Assembly: GCA_046483305.1 (NCBI GenBank)
Contig: JAWODM010000034.1
Coordinates: forward strand, 32,001 to 96,000
Length of the DNA: 64,000 bases
DNA from: Candidatus Krumholzibacteriales bacterium
GTDB lineage: Bacteria; Krumholzibacteriota; Krumholzibacteriia; Krumholzibacteriales; WJIX01
Reading direction: 5' to 3'
The position numbers were made by a program, and so were the translations under genes. Below the pieces are notes generated by a model, which saw nothing but the letters and a program-made list of their open reading frames with translations, did not search any database and was not told where the DNA came from. Positions 57,207-64,000 of the stretch are shown here, piece by piece. Each line of letters begins with the position of its first letter. Within the stretch, counting starts at the first letter, position 1.

Positions 57207-57566
57207 ATGTACAAGAGAAATGTCAGATCGGGCGGTGCTCTCCTGTGGTTGTTCCAGAGGATCAGCGGTATATATCTCGCGGTGATCCTGGCTGTTCATG
57301 TAATTCTGCTTCACGTTATGATAGACGGAGAAGTTACCTGGGCAGCGGTTGCCGAGCGCGCTTCCTCGCCGATGTGGAAAATGATAAATATATCCTTCCT
57401 GCTGGTAGCGCTTTTTCACGGCCTCTACGGCCTGTGGATAGTGCTGGACGACTATCTGGATGCCGGCTGGGCCAGGGTATTAATTTTCAGTTTGATATCG
57501 GTAATTACTCTGGTTTTTGCCGTATACGGAACAATTACCATGCTCACCTTTCATGTGGGAGGTTAA
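57207..57566 (+). CDS. sdhD: Succinate dehydrogenase membrane anchor
   Basis: WLFQRISG and HGLYGLWIVLDDY. Confidence 0.88.
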   Translation: MYKRNVRSGGALLWLFQRISGIYLAVILAVHVILLHVMIDGEVTWAAVAERASSPMWKMINISFLLVALFHGLYGLWIVLDDYLDAGWARVLIFSLISVITLVFAVYGTITMLTFHVGG

Positions 57567-57572
57567 TCGATA

Positions 57573-59357
57573 ATGTTTAATAACGATCCTGAAACTATAC
57601 ATGATATAAAGGGAGTGCCCATACACAGCGTGTATCAGCACGATGTAGTCATTGTGGGCGCCGGACTGGCCGGGTTGCGGGCGGCGATCGAAGTTGCCGC
57701 CGATCACGATACCGCTGTTATCAGCAAGGTGTTCCCCACCCGCTCTCATAGCGGCGCCGCCCAGGGCGGCATCGCGGCCTCGCTGGCCAATGAAGAAGAA
57801 GATCACTGGGAATGGCACATGTTCGATACCGTGAAGGGGAGCGACTACCTGGGCGACCAGGAGGCCATCGAGATTCTGGTAAAAGAGGCCCCGGTAGTGG
57901 TGAGGGAATTCGAGCATTACGGAGTGCCCTATTCCAGGACCAGCGAGGGCCGGATTGCCCAGAGGAAATTCGGCGGGCATACCAAGGATTTCGGCAGGGG
58001 CGGCCCCGTATTGCGGGCCTGTTACGCGGCGGACAGAACCGGCCATGTCCTGCTTCACACCCTTTATGAACAGTGCATAAAACACCAGGTCCGGTTCTAC
58101 TCCGAATACTATGCCCTCTCTCTGATAATAGAAGACGATGTCTGCCGGGGATTGGCAGTGTGGGATATGATTAACGGGGGAGTCCATGTAATACGGGCCA
58201 AGGCCGTTCTTTTCGGAACCGGGGGGTACGGCAGGGTATTCAAGATAACCTCGAACGCTTTCGCGAATACCGGAGACGGCCTCAGCCTTACCATGAGAGC
58301 GGGGATCCCGCTGGAAGACCTCGAATTCGTTCAGTTTCATCCCACCGGACTCTACAAGCAGGGTATCCTGGTAACCGAGGGAGCGCGTGGCGAAGGGGGG
58401 TATCTTCTGAACGGCAAGGGCGAGCGGTTCATGGAGAAATACGCTCCGGAAAAGATGGAACTGGCGCCCAGAGACCTGGTTTCCCGTTCGATCCAGACAG
58501 AAATTAATGAGGGAAGGGGCATCAACGGAGAGGATTACGTCCATATAGATATCCGTCACCTCGGCAGGGATAACATTCTCAGGAAACTGCCCCAGATACA
58601 TGAGCTGGCCCTGAAATTCCTGGATGTCGACTGCATAGAGGAACCGATCCCTATTCAGCCCACCGCTCATTATTCGATGGGAGGGATTCCGGTGGATATT
58701 CATGGCAGGGTGCTTGCCGACGGAAAGCAGAAACCGGTAAAGGGCTTCTATGCTGCCGGTGAATGCGCCTGTGTAAGTGTTCACGGAGCCAACAGGCTGG
58801 GAACCAACTCGCTCCTGGAGGCGTCCCTGTTCGGCAGAAGAGCGGGCAAGGCGATGGATGAATTCCTTCATGAAACAGAGGACTTCGCTCCGATCCCGCC
58901 GGATGCCGCTCAGTCGGCCCTGAAGGAAGTGGATACCATGCTGTCAGCGGACGGCGATGAAAAGCTGGTTGATATCAGGAGAGAGATGCAGGAGAAGATG
59001 ATGCTGAAGTGCGGGATATTCCGGGATGCCTCTTCTCTGAAGGAGATGATGGACGATATTCACTCCCTTCAGGAGAGATTCAGGAATATCAAAGTGAGCG
59101 ACAGGAGCAAGACCTATAATTACGATCTGATCGAGGCGCTGGAGCTTGGCCACATGCTGGAGTTTGCAGAAGTGATTGTAGCTGCGGCCATTAATCGCGA
59201 GGAGAGTAGAGGCGCTCACAGCAGAACTGATTTTCCCGACAGGGATGACGATAACTGGCTCAAACATACCCTGGCATGGAAGAAGGACGGAAAGGTCGAA
59301 TTTGACTACAAGCCGGTGACTATAACCAGATTCCAGCCGAAAGAACGGAAATATTAA
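57573..59357 (+). CDS. sdhA: Succinate dehydrogenase flavoprotein
   Basis: [31 protein letters not shown] and [11 protein letters not shown]. Confidence 0.96.
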   Translation: MFNNDPETIHDIKGVPIHSVYQHDVVIVGAGLAGLRAAIEVAADHDTAVISKVFPTRSHSGAAQGGIAASLANEEEDHWEWHMFDTVKGSDYLGDQEAIEILVKEAPVVVREFEHYGVPYSRTSEGRIAQRKFGGHTKDFGRGGPVLRACYAADRTGHVLLHTLYEQCIKHQVRFYSEYYALSLIIEDDVCRGLAVWDMINGGVHVIRAKAVLFGTGGYGRVFKITSNAFANTGDGLSLTMRAGIPLEDLEFVQFHPTGLYKQGILVTEGARGEGGYLLNGKGERFMEKYAPEKMELAPRDLVSRSIQTEINEGRGINGEDYVHIDIRHLGRDNILRKLPQIHELALKFLDVDCIEEPIPIQPTAHYSMGGIPVDIHGRVLADGKQKPVKGFYAAGECACVSVHGANRLGTNSLLEASLFGRRAGKAMDEFLHETEDFAPIPPDAAQSALKEVDTMLSADGDEKLVDIRREMQEKMMLKCGIFRDASSLKEMMDDIHSLQERFRNIKVSDRSKTYNYDLIEALELGHMLEFAEVIVAAAINREESRGAHSRTDFPDRDDDNWLKHTLAWKKDGKVEFDYKPVTITRFQPKERKY

Positions 59358-59370
59358 AGGAGGCTTTTTA

Positions 59371-60084
59371 ATGAAAAAGTTAACTTTCAAGATTAACCGC
59401 TATAATCCTGATGATGAACGCACTGGCCATTTCATGCAGGAGTACGAACTGGAAGTGCCCTCCGGCCACACCGTTCTGGACTGCCTCAACGACATTAAAT
59501 GGAATCAGGACGGAACATTGACTTTCCGCCGTTCATGCCGCAGCGGTATCTGCGGGTCCTGCGCAATGACCATTAATGGCGTCAATATGCTTGCCTGCGA
59601 GACGCAGGCCCTGGCCCTTGGAACCGATACCATAACCATCGAACCCTTAAGGGGTTGTGAAGTAATCAAGGACCTGGTGGTGTCGCTGGATTCGCTGGTC
59701 GACGGACTTTACGCGGTGAAGCCATACCTGATCGCCGATACTCCGCCTCCCACTGACCAGGAAAGGCTGCAGAGCGTGGAGGAACGCGACAGGCTGGACG
59801 GGCTCTACGAATGTATCCTCTGCGGAGCCTGCACTTCTTCATGCCCTTCTTTCTGGGCTGACAAGAAGTATATAGGACCTCACAGTCTGCTTAAGGCCTA
59901 CAGATTCATAGCTGATTCAAGGGATACCGCCCCGCAGGAGCATATGGATGCCCTGGATGACAAGCACGGCCTGTGGCGCTGCCACAGTATTTTTAACTGC
60001 GTGGAGGCCTGCCCCAAGGATCTTAATCCCACCAGGGCGATAGTGGAATTGAAGAAGGAACTGATAAAGGACAGGGTCGGGTAG
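59371..60084 (+). CDS. sdhB: Succinate dehydrogenase Fe-S subunit
   Basis: SCRSGICGSC, CILCGACTSSCP and CHSIFNCVEACP. Confidence 0.95.
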   Translation: MKKLTFKINRYNPDDERTGHFMQEYELEVPSGHTVLDCLNDIKWNQDGTLTFRRSCRSGICGSCAMTINGVNMLACETQALALGTDTITIEPLRGCEVIKDLVVSLDSLVDGLYAVKPYLIADTPPPTDQERLQSVEERDRLDGLYECILCGACTSSCPSFWADKKYIGPHSLLKAYRFIADSRDTAPQEHMDALDDKHGLWRCHSIFNCVEACPKDLNPTRAIVELKKELIKDRVG

Positions 60085-60136
60085 GATTAAACTGTCCTTT
60101 AAGTAGTGTTTTTACCGGGAAAGGGGTTTATGCCGC

Positions 60137-60898
60137 ATGAAAAGAGTAATGCCGCCTCTTAATAATCTGATTCTGTTCCTGCTGGCCGCTTCTGTTATCA
60201 GCGCGCTGGCCTCCTGTTCGGGCGGAGAAGATGTTACATCACAGGTTATTTCAGCCTACGGGGGAGAAAAGGGGGTTGAATCGATACTTTCATTCACGGG
60301 AAGGGGGTATCTGAAGGTTCTCCCGGTTGGGGAAAAGGTAACCAATCTTCATCTCGATCTCTTCCAGGATCATATGCGGTACCGGGAAACGTACGTGGAA
60401 GTACACAAGGGAGAAGTAACCAACAAATGGATCTGGATCAGCGATGGCAGCACCGCCAGCTCCTGGTCATCAACACCGGAGACGGTGAACAGGCCGGCGC
60501 TGGAGTACAGATACCTGGAGTACAGATTCCCCCTGATTCTGGAATGGATGAGCAAATATCAGGGAGAGGCTGTGGCCAATAAGGGGCCGGGCGACCATGT
60601 TCTGAATTACCAGCTGCCGGAGATATCTGTCGAGGTGACAGTTGGGAGAAAAAGCGGCTATATTCTGAAGACGGTTATCAGTGACAGGAAGAATGACCTG
60701 ATCTACAGCGAGGATTATTCAGATTACCGGCTGATCTCGGATATGCCTTTCCCCAACAGGATTATCAAGAGCCTTAACGGGGCGCCATACTGCGAGTTCT
60801 TTATTCCGGTGATACTCTACGACCAGGCTCCGCCTGATTCAGTGTTTGCTATCTCAGAAAAGGATACCGCCGGAGCAGTTGTGGAAGCGGTTGATTGA
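60137..60898 (+). CDS. Hypothetical lipoprotein (LolA-like fold possible)
   Basis: Lipobox LASC, AYGG and YSDYR...PFP. Confidence 0.6.
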   Translation: MKRVMPPLNNLILFLLAASVISALASCSGGEDVTSQVISAYGGEKGVESILSFTGRGYLKVLPVGEKVTNLHLDLFQDHMRYRETYVEVHKGEVTNKWIWISDGSTASSWSSTPETVNRPALEYRYLEYRFPLILEWMSKYQGEAVANKGPGDHVLNYQLPEISVEVTVGRKSGYILKTVISDRKNDLIYSEDYSDYRLISDMPFPNRIIKSLNGAPYCEFFIPVILYDQAPPDSVFAISEKDTAGAVVEAVD

Positions 60899-60906
60899 CA
60901 GAGAGG

Positions 60907-61446
60907 TCAGAGCAGTTCACTTACCCTGAATACCGCGCTGAAATTGTAGCCGGCTTCCCTGATGTTCTCGGGGCCGCCTTCTTCCCTGTCCACAATTACA
61001 CCCACCCCCGCTATCACTCCACCTTCCTTCTGAACAGCTTCGGCGGCTTTCAGCAGTGAGCCGCCGGTGGTAACCACGTCTTCGACGATCACGGTCCTGA
61101 GGCCTCCGGTTATATTACCTTCCACCAGTTTTCTGGTACCGTGTTCCTTGCTCCCCTTACGGATGAGAAGCCCCTCCTTCTCTTTACCTTCAGTCGCGGC
61201 AAGAGTAAGCAGCGAGCCGATGATGGGATCCGCGCCGATTACCGGGCCGGCGAAAGCGCCGTATTCCAGCCCCTCAAATTCCTCCATCAGCAACCTGGAG
61301 GCAAGGTAGAGCCCTCTCGAATGGAGGGTGGTCATTTTGCCGTTAATGTAGTAGCTGCTTTTCTTCCCGGAAACCAGCGTAAAGTCGCCTTTGAGGATGG
61401 AGCGGGCTGTAAGTATCTCCTTCAGTTCTTCTCGATAATCGTTCAT
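60907..61446 (-). CDS. pyrE: Orotate phosphoribosyltransferase
   Basis: GDFTLVSGKKSSYY, RKGSKEHG and VEDVVTTGGS. Confidence 0.95.
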   Translation of the reverse strand: MNDYREELKEILTARSILKGDFTLVSGKKSSYYINGKMTTLHSRGLYLASRLLMEEFEGLEYGAFAGPVIGADPIIGSLLTLAATEGKEKEGLLIRKGSKEHGTRKLVEGNITGGLRTVIVEDVVTTGGSLLKAAEAVQKEGGVIAGVGVIVDREEGGPENIREAGYNFSAVFRVSELL

Positions 61447-61473
61447 TTTGTTTCTCCGGATTAAAAGAGTTCT

Positions 61474-62088
61474 CTACTTTCCCGTTCTCAGCATAACACC
61501 GACGCAGACCTGAAAGAAATCGGTCCGATCCTCTCCGGTGTAGTAGAAGATTATATTTCTCTGGCTGCCTCCCGAAAAGATATAATGGTACTTTCCTGAT
61601 AGTTCAATATAAATATTGTTGATTCCCAGGCGGTAGAGCGCCGCTAATCCGCCATAGAACCCCGGCTGGTAATCATTGCTGTAAAGCTCGATAAAACCGG
61701 GTTTAATCAGGGTGATCGCGTATATTCCGGGCCCCCCTTCGGCAGTCAGGTAGTAACCCCCCGTTATATTTAAGCGGTACAGGAAGGCCGCGGTCATGGA
61801 GTAGATCTGCAGTTCCGAAATTGAGTTGTTCTTCAGTACCTTGGCTTCACCGAACCCGTGCGATGAGAGAGCGATATTTATCCCGAAATTATCCCCCAGC
61901 CCTTCCAGAAAATGGACTTCCAGTTCGCTTCCCCTCCCGAAGGCCCTGTCGAGTTCTCCGGAATTGAAGACAGTTCCAAGGCGAAAGCCCAGAAGTTCTT
62001 TTCCCTTGATGCTGCCGGCCCGGGATTCCGCGGGTGGAAGGAGCAGCAGCATTAAGGTGCATACGATTATTATGTTATTACTTCTCAT
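61474..62088 (-). CDS. Outer-membrane beta-barrel protein
   Basis: Signal peptide and an 8-stranded amphipathic pattern. Confidence 0.6.
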   Translation of the reverse strand: MRSNNIIIVCTLMLLLLPPAESRAGSIKGKELLGFRLGTVFNSGELDRAFGRGSELEVHFLEGLGDNFGINIALSSHGFGEAKVLKNNSISELQIYSMTAAFLYRLNITGGYYLTAEGGPGIYAITLIKPGFIELYSNDYQPGFYGGLAALYRLGINNIYIELSGKYHYIFSGGSQRNIIFYYTGEDRTDFFQVCVGVMLRTGK

Positions 62089-62178
62089 GTGCTTAACATA
62101 ACAAAGTAAGAGTCCGCGGAGAAGTTAATTATTATTAAGGGAAGAAAAAACAGATATGAATTGCCAGTAAATATAAAA

Positions 62179-64000
62179 TCACCTTATAAGTACCAGTTTG
62201 GCTGAAGCGGTTCCGGAGTCCGTGGAGAGGAGAGCGGTATACACCCCCGAGGATACCCTGTTCCCGTATCTGTCGAACCCTTTCCAGCCGGCGCTTCCCC
62301 GGCCGTTGGGACCGCAGCTGATAATTATTGATTTTATTAATCTTCCCGAAGCTGAAAATATTTTAACCTCTCCGGTGGAGTTGGGGGTGGACTGAATCTC
62401 GATGGTGGTGGCTGGATTGAACGGGTTTGGATAATTCGCTATCACAGCTGAGCGGGCCGGAGAATCGGGAAAGCTGCTGATACCGGTATTCTCGACTATG
62501 TTCGGTTTCTTATCCCTGATTCCGGGATCGTCACTGAGAACGCTGTCGGGAGGAGGGAGAAGCGGGTTCCCTCTTTCCTCTATGCCGTCAACATTAATGT
62601 GGCCGAACTCGCCGGTGGCATTGTCGACTATGGTAAGGAACACATTCCTGCCCCGTAGCGGGTCCAGATTCCAGAATCTTTCATCCATCCGGTTGGTATT
62701 CCTCCCTGTCTCCGAGTATATTATCTCTCCGGTTTCGGCGCTGCAGATCGCTACATAGCAGCTGTCGGGCTTTTTCCCTCCTCCTACCAGAAGCCTCATT
62801 GATCTGCCCCTTACCGTGAAATTGCCGGTTCGTATCGCTCCCCTTGGATTATTGCCCTGAACGGCGCCGGGCGCCGAACCGTAAACAGGCCCGTCAAAGC
62901 ATTCATAGGTACCTATCCACCAGCTGCCCTCGAAGCCGACATCCACCGTATCCACACCGCGGTAGCGGTAAGCATTGCCGTAAACGGGCTGGTGGTCGAA
63001 TGCGTTGCCCCAGAGTTCTGTCCAGTCTCTGTCGAGGATGCGGCTTCTTCTCACTTCCGGGACCGGGGTGTCGAATGACAGGGTATCGAATCTTATGGTG
63101 TAAAGTTTCCCCGCTGCCGTGTTATAAGCGGTATGCCTGGAAAAGAGGTATTCGCCGCCGCCCTGATCCAGCAGTTCGCAGGCATGGCCTGGATCGATTA
63201 TAGACCTGGTATTTATATCCCAGCCGCCGGTAAGCGAGTCGGAGGACATATGAGAGATTCCACCCACCGTGTATTCGGTGAAAAAGAGGTGATACTTTCC
63301 GTTTTCCTTTACCAGGAATGTACTTTCCAGGATATTGCTGTTGTTGTGGACGTAAAGGGGACCCCGGTCCTCCCATACAAAATAGCTGCTCCCCCGGGCC
63401 AGGGCGATAGCTCCGTAATTATCGGTGGTCAGAGCGGTGGCCAGCATATAGTGAGTGCTGCTATCTGAAAAGTAATAGGGGTCCCTGAAATGGGACATCC
63501 GCTCCCGGTCCCATTTTATCCAGGATATATCCGCGTGGTATGGCTGAAGCAGGGGGGAGGGGTGTTTTTCCCATCCGGATATACCTGAGCTGGATGTGGC
63601 GAAGTAAATTACCTGGGCTTCATTACTGTTTACTCCGGTATAGTAGATAATGTAACTGTCGCTGTAATCAGGATTATGTATGAGGTGGGGCGCCCATATC
63701 CGGTAACTGTCCCAGCTGTCGGGCCCGGTTTCCAGGACCGGATCATGTATTTCCCAGTGCCTCAGGTCCGGTGAGCTGGCATGGCCGAATTCGGTCTCGT
63801 CGCCCCTGATGTAGAATAGATGATATATCCCTTCCCGGTAAGCCAGGGTGTGATCCTTAACCTTGAGTCCCGGATCCTCAAATACCGGTCCCTCGAAATC
63901 AATGCTCAGCAGGTCCCTGGCTGGCGCCGCCGGGAATTTCATCTTCTCCGCGCCGCAGGGCATAAGCAGGAAGGGAACAACCGCCGACCCTAACGCCACA
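62179..64000 (-). CDS. Secreted GH32/GH43-like beta-propeller glycosidase with a CBM38-like module and FlgD-Ig/T9SS-type C-terminal domain (5' end probably outside the window)
   Basis: KDH, WAPH, FRDP and LES; RTGNFTVRGRSMRLLVGGG...IVDNATGEFGHINVD; NYPNPFNP...VSSGVY. Confidence 0.75.
   Translation of the reverse strand, partial: VALGSAVVPFLLMPCGAEKMKFPAAPARDLLSIDFEGPVFEDPGLKVKDHTLAYREGIYHLFYIRGDETEFGHASSPDLRHWEIHDPVLETGPDSWDSYRIWAPHLIHNPDYSDSYIIYYTGVNSNEAQVIYFATSSSGISGWEKHPSPLLQPYHADISWIKWDRERMSHFRDPYYFSDSSTHYMLATALTTDNYGAIALARGSSYFVWEDRGPLYVHNNSNILESTFLVKENGKYHLFFTEYTVGGISHMSSDSLTGGWDINTRSIIDPGHACELLDQGGGEYLFSRHTAYNTAAGKLYTIRFDTLSFDTPVPEVRRSRILDRDWTELWGNAFDHQPVYGNAYRYRGVDTVDVGFEGSWWIGTYECFDGPVYGSAPGAVQGNNPRGAIRTGNFTVRGRSMRLLVGGGKKPDSCYVAICSAETGEIIYSETGRNTNRMDERFWNLDPLRGRNVFLTIVDNATGEFGHINVDGIEERGNPLLPPPDSVLSDDPGIRDKKPNIVENTGISSFPDSPARSAVIANYPNPFNPATTIEIQSTPNSTGEVKIFSASGRLIKSIIISCGPNGRGSAGWKGFDRYGNRVSSGVYTALLSTDSGTASAKLVLIR

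Noticed and set aside
57480..58871. 463-aa antisense ORF, and similar long shadow ORFs such as 1216-1947 and 45287-46318
   Set aside because: They lie opposite well-conserved genes (sdhA, mvhA, lpdA), show no motifs, and are expected from codon bias.
1..64000. tRNA (including tRNA-Sec), rRNA, CRISPR arrays and prophage genes
   Set aside because: None recognised by eye. A tRNAscan-SE or Infernal run would be needed to exclude small RNAs.

Overview
A 64-kb, mostly GC-rich, gene-dense chromosomal segment from an anaerobic diderm bacterium. It is probably an FCB-group lineage such as Latescibacterota/Krumholzibacteriota; this is inferred from PorX-TsaE linkage, a YPNPFNP/FlgD-type C-terminal domain and an HU with an internal insertion. 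In order, the window holds: the end of a group 3c [NiFe]-hydrogenase (mvhDGA, maturation protease, hypA); an RND efflux operon with a PII-like gene; a 306-bp MITE with terminal inverted repeats and an 8-bp target duplication; an XRE regulator with a four-operator array; an AT-rich islet with a convergently arranged AbiEi/AbiEii pair and three palindromic operators; cysteine synthase preceded by an unannotated Cys-Cys-Cys leader peptide and a complete attenuator; nucleotide-sugar genes; a degenerate HemC; serS; a kinase-PorX pair; tsaEB-rimI; accD-folC; a long LptA-LptD-like fusion; HU; an unannotated selenoprotein (UshA-like domain plus tetraheme cytochrome c); Sec-containing SelD; queH; mrfBA-like repair genes; sdhCDAB; pyrE; and a partial secreted GH32-like protein. 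The strongest non-obvious signals are the cysteine attenuator, two UGA-recoded genes with GGA-loop SECIS candidates, the tail-to-tail AbiE module and the MITE. All calls come from reading the sequence and recognising motifs; no searches were run.
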